DNA of 64,000 nucleotides, from positions 2,496,001 to 2,560,000 of the forward strand of contig CBDFLE010000006.1 in NCBI GenBank assembly GCA_965248925.1, read 5' to 3'. Positions 17,639-26,705 of this stretch are shown in pieces. Below the pieces are notes generated by a model, which saw only the letters and a program-made list of their open reading frames with translations, ran no database searches and was not told where the DNA came from. Source of the stretch: Candidatus Multivoradales bacterium. Lineage in GTDB: Bacteria > Acidobacteriota > Thermoanaerobaculia > Multivoradales > J023. Position 1 is the stretch's first letter. The number at the start of each line of letters is the position of its first letter. Position numbers and translations under genes: made by a program.

Positions 17639-17917
17639 AGCCTACCGGCGATCCAGCCGGTAGGCTGCCAACCGCCGCACAAGCTCACCAGCGGCCAGGA
17701 GGACGGCAGCTCTGCCGTCTGTAGCACTGTTCCGCCGTAGCGCCGGCCGTTCGCTGCGCAGCAGCCCTTGCAACCCACCAGCAGCCGTCAAGAGCCGCTC
17801 TGCCGCGTTCTCAGCAGCTCGGCGGCGCAGCAACACCGACAACAGCTCAGCGTCCGTCAGACCAGCCGCGCCATGCCGTAGCAACCGGGCCCGCGGCGCA
17901 AGCTCAGCCCTCGGAAT
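17639..17917 (-). pseudogene. radC: 5' half of element A radC
   Basis: 'RLLRHGAAGLTDAELLSVLL...LAAYRLDRR' ends at the element B TSD. Confidence 0.9.
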
Positions 17918-18197
17918 CGGCCAGCCGTAGCGACAGGTCGAGCAGCTGCACTCGATGGCACAGCGCGTCCTCTTCGGTCAGTTGCGACAGCTCTTCTAGC
18001 GTCGCGATGGCGTCGCCGAGCAGATCGACGCGCACCGCCTCCGCTCGGCCACGGAGCTCGACCGGCAAAAGGTGCGGGGATGGCTGGATCGCCTTAGCGA
18101 TCCTGGCTAGACGAAGGTCAACGGTCTGTAGGTTGGGGACGAGAGCAGCAAGCTCTCTCTGCACGTTGTAGACGGTACACTTCCGGCGGTCGCGCAT
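17904..18197 (-). CDS. Small helical protein coupled to radC (element A copy)
   Basis: Paralog of 12699-12989 with a conserved ~170-bp leader back to the TIR. Confidence 0.8.
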   Translation of the reverse strand: MRDRRKCTVYNVQRELAALVPNLQTVDLRLARIAKAIQPSPHLLPVELRGRAEAVRVDLLGDAIATLEELSQLTEEDALCHRVQLLDLSLRLADSEG

Positions 18198-18422
18198 TGG
18201 GCTGTGTCCTCTGCGTGGCTAGGCTTCGGCGACGGTGACAGCCGTCGTCGAGGTCGCTGGTGGTAGGGTGGAGGGCGTTCGCTGCCCGGGCTTCGCGGCA
18301 AACGTACTACCCGCCCGCCTGCCGCTCACCCGCCCCTATCGGACCAACACACTGTCAGGACACCACCCGCCGAACAGCAACCAGCACCCGGCGAGCTGGG
18401 CAGGCGCGGATTTGGAGACCTC

Positions 18423-19862
18423 TTGACTAGCGTTGCAACGAACATGGACTCGACTCCTACCGCCAGCCCACCCTGGCCCGAGATTTTTCGACTCCTGCAG
18501 CGGGCTGGCTGCCCGAAGTTGATCTCGGTCGCTGTCGCGCCGCCCCCCGGCAGCTTCAAGGTGGCCGACCAAGGGCTGAAGATCGAGCCGGTGACTGAAC
18601 TGGCGGCATTGGCCGAGTACCCACCCTGCCCGGCTGTGTTGCTGACGACTACCGACTACCAAATCCTCGCCAAGGACCTGGCTGCGGTCCACCCGCGACT
18701 GACCGAGGACGGACGCTTGCTGATTTGGGGCTGTTGGCAGGCGAGCCGCATGACCGGCGGCTTGGAGCCGGCAGGGCACGAGGAGGCGGTGCGACAGCTC
18801 TCGGAAACGGGCTTTTCGGTAATCGAAGAATTGCTGCTCGACAGCGGCGCGCAGCAGCCTGGTATTCGCCGTACTTCGCTGATCGTCGCTCGGCCGGAGA
18901 CCTCGGTGGTGCGGGGCTACCAAGCCGGCGACGAGATAGCTATCGCGGATTGCTTTCGTGCTTGTTTCCAGGTCGAGCGAAGTCTTGAGCAGTGGCGTTG
19001 GAAGTATCTCGACAATCCCTATGGCGGACCGCTGATCAGCCTGGCATTCGAGCAAGACCGCTTGCTGGCCCAATACGCCGGCTATCCCTTGCCTCTACAT
19101 CTCGGACCAGGTCCGCCAGCCCTTGCCGTGCAGATGGGCGACACCATGACCGCGCCGCAAGCACGCAGCGTCGGGCGTCGCTCCACCAGCTTGCTGCGGC
19201 GGGCAGTACGGCACTTTTTCGCTACCTACTCAGAGCCCGAAGTAGCGTACTACTACGGCTTCAACACCGGCGCCATCCACCGCTTCTCCAAGCGCTTCGT
19301 TCGCGGACAGCGGCATTCACAAGTGAGTTTCTGGCAGCGTGATGCCAAACTGCCTCGCCTACGCCAGCACTATCGGGTGAAGCTGCAACAGCACATCCAA
19401 GCAGGCTTCGATCGGTTCTGGCGCCGCACCGCTCGCCGCTATGGCGTGCTCTTGCAGCGCGATGCTTGCTACCTGAGCTGGCGCTACCAAGAATGCCCGG
19501 ATGTCGACTACCAGATCTTCTCCGCCAGGCGTTGGGGGAGATTGGTCGGCTGGGGAGTTTTTCGCCGCCAGGGTCGAATCCTGGCTTGGGGCGATGCGAT
19601 GTTCGATCCGCGCCACTGCGACGCTGCAAGCGATGTGCTTCGAGCCGCTCTTAGCAACGAATCCAACCAGGGGGTCGAAGAAATTACCGCCTGGTTTCCA
19701 GAGCATCCTGGTTGGTGGCGCCGCACGGTCGCAGGACTGGGATTCGCCCGTGCTACCGAACCCGAGGACCTGGCACTGGTCTACCGGCCCCATGCTACCC
19801 GCGACATTCAGCAGCGACTCGAATCTCTGTACTACACCATGGGTGATAGCGACTTGTTCTGA
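18423..19862 (+). CDS. GNAT-family acyltransferase with N-terminal methyltransferase-like segment
   Basis: 'VRGYQAGDE..I...F...F...RS.EQW.WKYLDNPYG', 'QMGDTMT.P..R', 'YLSWRY', 'TMGDSDLF'. Confidence 0.75.
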   Translation: MTSVATNMDSTPTASPPWPEIFRLLQRAGCPKLISVAVAPPPGSFKVADQGLKIEPVTELAALAEYPPCPAVLLTTTDYQILAKDLAAVHPRLTEDGRLLIWGCWQASRMTGGLEPAGHEEAVRQLSETGFSVIEELLLDSGAQQPGIRRTSLIVARPETSVVRGYQAGDEIAIADCFRACFQVERSLEQWRWKYLDNPYGGPLISLAFEQDRLLAQYAGYPLPLHLGPGPPALAVQMGDTMTAPQARSVGRRSTSLLRRAVRHFFATYSEPEVAYYYGFNTGAIHRFSKRFVRGQRHSQVSFWQRDAKLPRLRQHYRVKLQQHIQAGFDRFWRRTARRYGVLLQRDACYLSWRYQECPDVDYQIFSARRWGRLVGWGVFRRQGRILAWGDAMFDPRHCDAASDVLRAALSNESNQGVEEITAWFPEHPGWWRRTVAGLGFARATEPEDLALVYRPHATRDIQQRLESLYYTMGDSDLF

Positions 19863-19879
19863 GCCTCCGGGTCCGCGGC

Positions 19880-20950
19880 TTAGCGCTCTAGAGTCTGCAC
19901 GCCGAGTTCTCGCCCCTCGGCATCCAAGAAACGTCGATAGTAGATGCCCGGTCCGAGCCGCGACCACAGCTCCTCGGGTAACTCCGTCGCCACACTCGCT
20001 GGAGTGCGCAAAGCCGCCGGGAAACCCCAGGGCGAAGCGGAGAGTTCTTCCCGCACGGCGGCTGTCGGTGGCACTCGCAAAAAAGGCGGCGACAGCGGTG
20101 GCGAGGTCCGATCCAGGATGCGCAGCAGACGTTCGAACCCAGCGCCGTAACGACGCCGACGGAAACGCCGGCTGGAGGCATCGAACCACTCACTAGCTCG
20201 CGGCTCGGCAACCGAACTCTGAGCATAGAGATGCACAGCTTCAGCTGCCGGCACGAAGCTCGCCCGAAGGCCGCCGGCCCGCAATCGGCAGAGCCAATCT
20301 GTTTCTTCGAAGTAGAGCTGATACTTGTCGTCAAACGGACCGATCTGCCGCCAAGCCTGGCGACTGACGGCCAACAGAGCACCGCTGAGTTCGAAAGCGG
20401 ACACCGTGTCGCGGGTGGCCCACAAGCGCTCGGCATGCTGGCGCCAGCGCTGCCTCGCCCATCTGGCCCAGGGCTTGCCACGGCGAGCCAGCACCGCCAG
20501 CAGCTCATCGCGACGAGTGCGAGGCTCGGTGGGTGGTAGCTGAAACCGTCGTTCACGATCCCACCAAAAACGCGGACCGGCAGCTCCGGCCCCCTGCTCG
20601 AGAGCGCCACACAGAGCCGCCAAACAACCGGGCAGCACCTCGACATCGGGATTCATCGCCAGCAGATAGTCCGCTGACGCCTCGGAGAACCCCAAGTTGA
20701 TCGCCCCGGCGTAGCCCAGATTGGCTCGCGGATCGAGCCGTCGAGCTGGCAGATCGCGCCACACTCCCTGGTCTTCGGGCTGGCTACCGTTGTCGACCAC
20801 CAGGCATTCCAACTCGATGGCCGAACTCGCCGCATCGCGCCGCAAAGCCGCCACCGCGGACAGCAGCAGATTTGGCGTGTGGTAGTGGACGAGGATCGCG
20901 CTGAGCTTCAAGCGCTCTTGCTCCGCTGGTTGACCGTAAGATGCCGGCAC
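19880..20950 (-). CDS. Glycosyltransferase family 2
   Basis: 'VVDNGS', 'NLGYAGAINLG', 'MNPD', 'LYFEETDW'. Confidence 0.9.
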   Translation of the reverse strand: MPASYGQPAEQERLKLSAILVHYHTPNLLLSAVAALRRDAASSAIELECLVVDNGSQPEDQGVWRDLPARRLDPRANLGYAGAINLGFSEASADYLLAMNPDVEVLPGCLAALCGALEQGAGAAGPRFWWDRERRFQLPPTEPRTRRDELLAVLARRGKPWARWARQRWRQHAERLWATRDTVSAFELSGALLAVSRQAWRQIGPFDDKYQLYFEETDWLCRLRAGGLRASFVPAAEAVHLYAQSSVAEPRASEWFDASSRRFRRRRYGAGFERLLRILDRTSPPLSPPFLRVPPTAAVREELSASPWGFPAALRTPASVATELPEELWSRLGPGIYYRRFLDAEGRELGVQTLER

Positions 20951-21005
20951 CTCCGGCTGCCGACAAGCCTACACCGCAACGGACTCAGCGGTACAATTGC
21001 CGCCC

Positions 21006-22142
21006 ATGACCTCGATCCACAACCGCCAGCCGGTGCTCTGGCTGCGCACCGGCCGCCAGCGCTCGGTCGTCGCCGCCCATCTTCGCCATGTGGCGGGGAA
21101 CTTCGCCGCCGCCGGTTGGCGGACTTGCAGCGACCGCGAACCACCGGCCACCACCGGCCCAGTCGCCGTGCTGGACGATCCGTGGCTGGATCCTCTGCCG
21201 CAGCTGGCCTTGTTTCTAGCCAACGCCACGGCGGCCAAGCCCGGCTGCTGGAGGCTACCGCGAGTCTTCGCCGCCACCGGCGAGCAAGGTTGGCATCCGG
21301 CCGCTGGTCCCTACACACTGCGTGACTATGAACGGTTGACGATTCCCCGCAGCGGCAGGGGCGGCCGTGGCCGACCACTCGGCGAACCGCCGGCCAGTAC
21401 CGGTTTCGCCGTTGCCGCCGCGGGCGAAGCTGAGTATTTGCTGGCCGGCGGCTGGCCACCGAGCGCTGAGCGGCTGCTACTGGTCAGGGAGGCCTGCCTC
21501 TACCGCTATGGCGATCCAGCCCGGCACCCGCGGCTCGAGCTCGACCCGTTCATTCCCGACAGCACCGAGTTGCTGGTCGATGTGGGCTGCGGTCATGGCC
21601 AACTCGGCGCTCGTCACCGACGGCCCGGCCGCCGAGTCATTGGTATCGAGCCCGATTGGCAGCTGGCCCAACAAGCGGCCAAGCGTTTGGACCTGGTGCT
21701 GCCGGCCACCGCCGAGCTGGGCCTGCGGGCATTGGGCCAGCGCCCTGACTGCCTGATCTTCGCCGATGTGTTGGAGCACACAAGCGACCCCCAAGGCATC
21801 CTGAAGCTCGCCGCTGAGAAGCTTGCCAAAGGAGGCAGGATCGTGGTCTCACTGCCCAACACGGCCTGGGCGCCGGTGTTGAGCGCCCTAGCCGCGGGCC
21901 GCTGGGATCCGACCCTGGCGGGAGTGCAGGCCCGCGATCACCTGGTGCCGATGACGCCGCACTCGTTCTCGACCATGGCCGCCGAATGTGGTCTGGAAAC
22001 CCTGTCGATGAACCCTCTGCCTGTGCCCCTTCCCTGGCGGCTCAGGCTGCTGGCGCGGCTGGCGGCACTGCTCTCCGGCGGCTCGGCGGCAACCCTGGGT
22101 GCCCCCCAGTGGATTGCCGTCCTGCGCCACACCGACAAGTGA
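21006..22142 (+). CDS. SAM-dependent methyltransferase (C-terminal domain)
   Basis: 'LVDVGCGHG', 'IGIEPD', 'IFADVLEH..DP', 'VSLPN'. Confidence 0.85.
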   Translation: MTSIHNRQPVLWLRTGRQRSVVAAHLRHVAGNFAAAGWRTCSDREPPATTGPVAVLDDPWLDPLPQLALFLANATAAKPGCWRLPRVFAATGEQGWHPAAGPYTLRDYERLTIPRSGRGGRGRPLGEPPASTGFAVAAAGEAEYLLAGGWPPSAERLLLVREACLYRYGDPARHPRLELDPFIPDSTELLVDVGCGHGQLGARHRRPGRRVIGIEPDWQLAQQAAKRLDLVLPATAELGLRALGQRPDCLIFADVLEHTSDPQGILKLAAEKLAKGGRIVVSLPNTAWAPVLSALAAGRWDPTLAGVQARDHLVPMTPHSFSTMAAECGLETLSMNPLPVPLPWRLRLLARLAALLSGGSAATLGAPQWIAVLRHTDK

Positions 22143-22164
22143 ACCGCCGGCCAGAACCGCGCCG

Positions 22165-23496
22165 TCAGCGAGGAGGAATCGTCCCCGTTTCGGTGATCAG
22201 CGGGTTGAGATCATCGCAAGCCGAGGTCAGCGCAACCGCCGCATAGCCGACCTGGAAGAGGCCCTTGGCGTTGTGCACCACGGTGACAAAGCTCTGGGCG
22301 ATGTTGCCATCGACGCCGAAATCGACATCGAAATTCACCCCAACATCATCGATGTTGAGATTGAGGAACATCCAGCCTGACTGGTAGGGCAGGGTCAGGT
22401 CCCCTTCGCCGACCTCCACCCGCTGAGTTTCGAGGGGGAAACATGGCGGATCGACATTGGGATCGGGCGGTGAGATCACCCCACCCCCCAAGTTGAAGCA
22501 GATTTCCACCGCGTTCTCTTGTTCGTCAAAGGCCACCGCTTCGGTCTCGTTGAGGGGGTACCACGACGGTCCGACTCCGCAGCTGTAGAACTGCTGCGTG
22601 TCCGAGGTGGTCGAGTCGCGCCACACCAAGAGGCCGGTTCCGCCGTCGACCACCACATTTTCCAAATAGCGCGCCGCCCAAGTGGTGCCCAAGGGCTCGC
22701 GATTGTCGGCGCCCGTCATGCCGGGATCGTAGCGTCCGTAGAAGGTGACCCCACTGGCCGTCGAGCCGGCATTGAAGAAGTCATCGGCCTCGATCGACAC
22801 CAAAGTATCGCCGATCGCCGAGGCATTCAGCTGATTGATGATGAAGTAGTCGCCCCACAGCAAGTTGCGATTGTTGGCAATGCCAGTGCCGCCGTCGACG
22901 AAGTAGCCGGTCTCGTTGGGAAACACCGTCGAGCATTGATTGACACTGTCAATGGTGAGGTAGCCGCGCGCTAAACCGTCGCCATGATCCTGGCCCATGC
23001 AACCCAATCCGAGCACATCCTGGCCGGTGTGGCCATTGCGCAAGCGGGTCAGATTGGCAGTGCTGACCACTGGGTTGTTGAAGGGCAGAATTCCCAGGCA
23101 ACCCGGAAAACTGCCGTCCCAGGAGGGGTTCAGTCCATGCGGGCTAATGCTGTCGGCGCCATCGTTCTGCGCGTCCGCGGTGACCGGCAGATTGCCTTGA
23201 AAGACATCGTAGAGGTTCACCGGCACTACGTCGTAGCCCGACAGGAAGACATCAAAATCGATGGTTGGCTGCGTCCAGTCGGTCCACAGAGTGACATGTG
23301 CTAAAGCCGGGGTCGCGGAGGCATTGTTGATCGTGAATAGAGTGGTAATCCCGGCCTGGTCGGCGATATCGACCTCGAAGTATGGCAGCAGCAAGGTGGC
23401 TGCCGGGACACTGTCCAGGGTACAGAGCTCGGCCTGCAAAGTGGCGCTGCCCACCAAGAACAGCAGGGCGGCCAAAACCAGAATCTTCTTCAGCAT
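22165..23496 (-). CDS. Secreted S-layer-like protein, paralog 2
   Basis: Signal peptide, 'CTLDSVPAATLLLPYFEVD', acidic. Full-length paralog of 29794-31140. Confidence 0.7.
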   Translation of the reverse strand: MLKKILVLAALLFLVGSATLQAELCTLDSVPAATLLLPYFEVDIADQAGITTLFTINNASATPALAHVTLWTDWTQPTIDFDVFLSGYDVVPVNLYDVFQGNLPVTADAQNDGADSISPHGLNPSWDGSFPGCLGILPFNNPVVSTANLTRLRNGHTGQDVLGLGCMGQDHGDGLARGYLTIDSVNQCSTVFPNETGYFVDGGTGIANNRNLLWGDYFIINQLNASAIGDTLVSIEADDFFNAGSTASGVTFYGRYDPGMTGADNREPLGTTWAARYLENVVVDGGTGLLVWRDSTTSDTQQFYSCGVGPSWYPLNETEAVAFDEQENAVEICFNLGGGVISPPDPNVDPPCFPLETQRVEVGEGDLTLPYQSGWMFLNLNIDDVGVNFDVDFGVDGNIAQSFVTVVHNAKGLFQVGYAAVALTSACDDLNPLITETGTIPPR

Positions 23497-23608
23497 CGCG
23501 GAATCCTCCATCGGCGCCACCAGGCTAGTTCAACCACCGTGGCGACCCTCGACCGGGATTAATAAGAGAGACATGCCTAATTTAACATACTTGAATAGGT
23601 TGGTGTTA

Positions 23609-24316
23609 CTACCACTCGTCTTCGTGGCTCTTGCGGAAAATCGTGTCGTGGGGTGCGCTCTTCTCCGCCGCCGGTCTGCCGTTGGTGTAGAAGTACATCG
23701 ACAGGGATCTGCGGCAGCGGTCCCTGGGACAGCTCAAGGGCTGCGGGTTGCCATGAAACGAGGTGTCCGTAGTGCTAAAAACCACCGCCCGATTGAACAC
23801 CGGCAGAATTCGTTGTTCGCAGTGAGCGACCTCGCTGTCCCAGAGTTCTAGATGGCCACCGTAGTCTTCGCGCCAATCCCGGTTCAGATAGATCAGCAGA
23901 TTGAGGCGACGATCCAGCCTCAGCTTGGGATGCCAGTTGAAATCAGCATGGAGCTTAAGGAAGCCACCCGGCTGTAGCTGATGGGGGCCTGCGCCGCCAA
24001 AGTACGGGTCCGGAATCAAGCCCTCTATCCCGGTGAGCTGCTCCAAGAACTCCAGCATTGCTGCGGAGTTGAGAAAGTACATCAGGCTCTGTAGATCGGC
24101 GCCTACCGGGGTGCGGTAGTCGAACCCTTGCTTCTGTTCTTGTGCGTTCTCAAAGCGACGCCAATGGGAGTCTTCCGGAGGCGGAAAGTCTGCCAAGGCC
24201 CGATCCAGGACAACTTCTGAGAACAACCCATCGATAACCGCATGCGGAAATGGACTCGCCTCCTGGTAGGCCGAGTTCAGCCCTTGTGGAGATTTCTGTA
24301 GCTCGATTCTCATCAT
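23609..24316 (-). CDS. 2OG-Fe(II) oxygenase
   Basis: 'PFPHAVID', 'LHADFN' (HxD), 'GGHLELW', 'SFHG..P', 'RRSL..YFY'. Confidence 0.92.
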   Translation of the reverse strand: MMRIELQKSPQGLNSAYQEASPFPHAVIDGLFSEVVLDRALADFPPPEDSHWRRFENAQEQKQGFDYRTPVGADLQSLMYFLNSAAMLEFLEQLTGIEGLIPDPYFGGAGPHQLQPGGFLKLHADFNWHPKLRLDRRLNLLIYLNRDWREDYGGHLELWDSEVAHCEQRILPVFNRAVVFSTTDTSFHGNPQPLSCPRDRCRRSLSMYFYTNGRPAAEKSAPHDTIFRKSHEDEW

Positions 24317-25407
24317 CTTCCGGCCTCCGGTAGTGTGGGTCGACTTGGTCTCGTCGCGGATTGAGGCGACTGCCGACTGGCCCAGTCGACGGCGGCGAAT
24401 AGCTGCTCAGAGACCTTGTCGGGGTCGAATTTTTGCGCCGCGCGATAGCCGGCTCGCCGCGCCTGGCGCCAGCGAGCTGGTCGCAAGAGCAGACGACGGC
24501 TCGCTGCGGCAAAAGCGTCGGCATCACCCGCCGGTACCAGGCTGACGGCCTCGCCGGCCATGAACTCCGTGGAGGGAATCCGCGACGCTACCGCCGGCAC
24601 CTTGGCAACCATCGCCTCCAGCAAGGGAAGACCAAATCCTTCCTCCGGCTGCGACGGTAGCAGCAGCAAGTCACAGCTGGCCAGCTCCTCAGCCACCTGC
24701 TGTGGCGGAATGTCGCAGAGATACCGATCCGGTACTAGCAAGGCCCTTTCACTCTCACTGAGAGGCACCGTCGAGATTCTTAGCAAGCGACAGGCGACAC
24801 CCCCTTGGCGCAGCCTTCTAACCGCCGCCAAGGCCGTAGCAACACCCTTGACCGGCGCCTCGAACACCCCCGGCACAACCACCCAGGGGCGGCGCCGCGG
24901 CCGCCACCGCGGCAGCGACCGAAAGGCTGGATCGAGCGGTGGTGGAACCACTCGGCTCTGGCGATCGAAGAGCCGCTCTAGAAGATCCACCAGATGAGGA
25001 GTCACCGCCAGTCCCGAGCAGGGCTCGGCATAGGCAGCTTCGATTTCCTTCAACTGCTGGTGGTAGTGCCGGTGGCTACCCTCGTAACCCTGGCAGAAGT
25101 GGGCCAGGGGCCCAAGTTGCAAAGCGCGGGCAGTCGCCAGCGTGGTCCAGAAGGTCGCGATCACCAGATCCTGTGACGGCAAGGTCGCCGATTGGCTGCT
25201 GGCATCGATGTAGCGACCGGCGATCGGCATCCATGTTGGCCGCGGCCCTTGGGCCAACAGAGTGACCTCGTCGCCACGCGCGGCCAACAGCTGGGCGTGC
25301 TGAAAAATGACTTTATTTCCCCCACCGAGTTCAGGCTGGGGCAAGACGTAGGTGATTCGCACGCGCTGGGGTCCGAGAAGTTTCTTCGAAAATGGCAGGT
25401 TCGCCAA
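24313..25407 (-). CDS. Glycosyltransferase family 4
   Basis: 'EGFGLPLLEAM', 'GGGNKVIF..A..L'. Confidence 0.92.
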   Translation of the reverse strand: MANLPFSKKLLGPQRVRITYVLPQPELGGGNKVIFQHAQLLAARGDEVTLLAQGPRPTWMPIAGRYIDASSQSATLPSQDLVIATFWTTLATARALQLGPLAHFCQGYEGSHRHYHQQLKEIEAAYAEPCSGLAVTPHLVDLLERLFDRQSRVVPPPLDPAFRSLPRWRPRRRPWVVVPGVFEAPVKGVATALAAVRRLRQGGVACRLLRISTVPLSESERALLVPDRYLCDIPPQQVAEELASCDLLLLPSQPEEGFGLPLLEAMVAKVPAVASRIPSTEFMAGEAVSLVPAGDADAFAAASRRLLLRPARWRQARRAGYRAAQKFDPDKVSEQLFAAVDWASRQSPQSATRPSRPTLPEAGR

Positions 25408-25415
25408 TCGCCGAG

Positions 25416-26636
25416 CTACCGTGTGACCTCACGAACCTGCCGGACCCAAGTATGCTCGATCTCGAACAATCCGGCGCGCAATTTCCGGCTTTCGACCCTG
25501 AACGCTCCGGTGAGCTGCTGCGTGTCGTAGATGTGCAGACCAGCCTCGTCGAGTAGGAACACCACCAAGGTGAACTCGCCGTGGTTGATCTTCAGCTGCG
25601 GCAACTGCAGCAGATGCCGATACTCACGGCTTCCGCTGAGCGGCTCGAGCCCATCCCAATGGGTCGAGAAGCCACAAACTTGAACGCCGTCGAGTCGCTC
25701 GACGGAAACTCCGACATGGAAGGCCAGCTCAGGATTCTCGGTATGCCAGCGAATAGCCAATCGCCAGGGTTCGCCGCTCTGGTAAACAGCCCCCAGGCGC
25801 TCCCTCCCAGGTTGGCTGACTTCTACCAACTTGGCCGGCGCCACCGCGCCTTCGCTGAGTTCCGGAGTGCTGGCGCCCACAACTTCCCCGGCATTGCGCC
25901 GTTCGCCGCCACGGCCGATCAGGTAGCTGTCGTATTCGCGGATGATCAGCTCAGCCGACCCATATCCCGCCGGCTCGCCACCGCGCAACCACAGCGCATG
26001 CTGGCAAAAGGCGGCGATGTGGTACATCGAGTGGGAGCAGAAGACTAACGTTCGCCCGCCATCGAGAAAGGCCCGGATACGGTCGACACACTTCTTCTGA
26101 AAATAGCCATCGCCTACCGACAGCGCCTCGTCAATGATCAGGATTTCAGGGTCGACTTGGATCGCGATCGAGAAGCCCAACCGCATAACCATGCCGGTGG
26201 AGTAGGTCTTGACCGGCCGGTCGATAAACTCACCGAGTTCACTGAAGGCAATAATCTCGGGCTCAGCTGCCGCGACTTGGTCTTCAGATAAACCCAGCAC
26301 CGCCGCGTTGAGGCGGATGTTCTGCCGGCCACTGAACTCCGGATGAAAACCCATCCCGAGTTCGAGTAACGAAGCCACTTTGCCGGCGACCGTCAGCGTA
26401 CCGGTGGTTGGCGGTGTAACCCCCGCCAGTATCCGCAGGAGGGTGCTCTTGCCGGCGCCGTTCTCACCGATCAGCCCCAGGCTCTGACCCCGCAAGACCT
26501 CGAAGTCGATACCCTGCAAGGCTTCGAACACTTGGTGCCGAGCACGGCCGCCGAGCATTTCGCGCAGCCGATCCCAGGGGCTGTCGTAGAGCCGATAGGT
26601 CTTGCCGAGGTTCTCGGCGGCGATCAGAACGGTCAT
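25416..26636 (-). CDS. wzt: Polysaccharide ABC transporter ATPase with C-terminal carbohydrate-binding module
   Basis: 'GENGAGKST', 'PVKTYSTGM', 'IIDEALSVGD', plus a Wzt_C-like extension. Confidence 0.92.
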   Translation of the reverse strand: MTVLIAAENLGKTYRLYDSPWDRLREMLGGRARHQVFEALQGIDFEVLRGQSLGLIGENGAGKSTLLRILAGVTPPTTGTLTVAGKVASLLELGMGFHPEFSGRQNIRLNAAVLGLSEDQVAAAEPEIIAFSELGEFIDRPVKTYSTGMVMRLGFSIAIQVDPEILIIDEALSVGDGYFQKKCVDRIRAFLDGGRTLVFCSHSMYHIAAFCQHALWLRGGEPAGYGSAELIIREYDSYLIGRGGERRNAGEVVGASTPELSEGAVAPAKLVEVSQPGRERLGAVYQSGEPWRLAIRWHTENPELAFHVGVSVERLDGVQVCGFSTHWDGLEPLSGSREYRHLLQLPQLKINHGEFTLVVFLLDEAGLHIYDTQQLTGAFRVESRKLRAGLFEIEHTWVRQVREVTR

Positions 26637-26705
26637 CAGGCAACCGCCCGAGCGGCCAATCGTCGCGCGATTCCGACGACTGGCTCGCGGGGCGGCAGAG
26701 TGGGC

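Larger units (their letters stand above)
6089..18367. mobile_element. IS1-family cargo transposon A (non-autonomous; hosts IS21 and element B)
   Basis: TIRs GGTAGTGGCCTAAGACTGTGTGGG (6089-6112) and rc GGTGGTGTCCTGACAGTGTGTTGG (18344-18367), 18/24 match. 8-bp direct repeat CGCCGAAC at 6081-6088 and 18368-18375. Confidence 0.92.

Noticed and set aside
6089-18367. Prophage or integrative element interpretation of the island
   Set aside because: No integrase, structural or replication genes. The boundaries are fully explained by IS1-type TIRs and TSDs.
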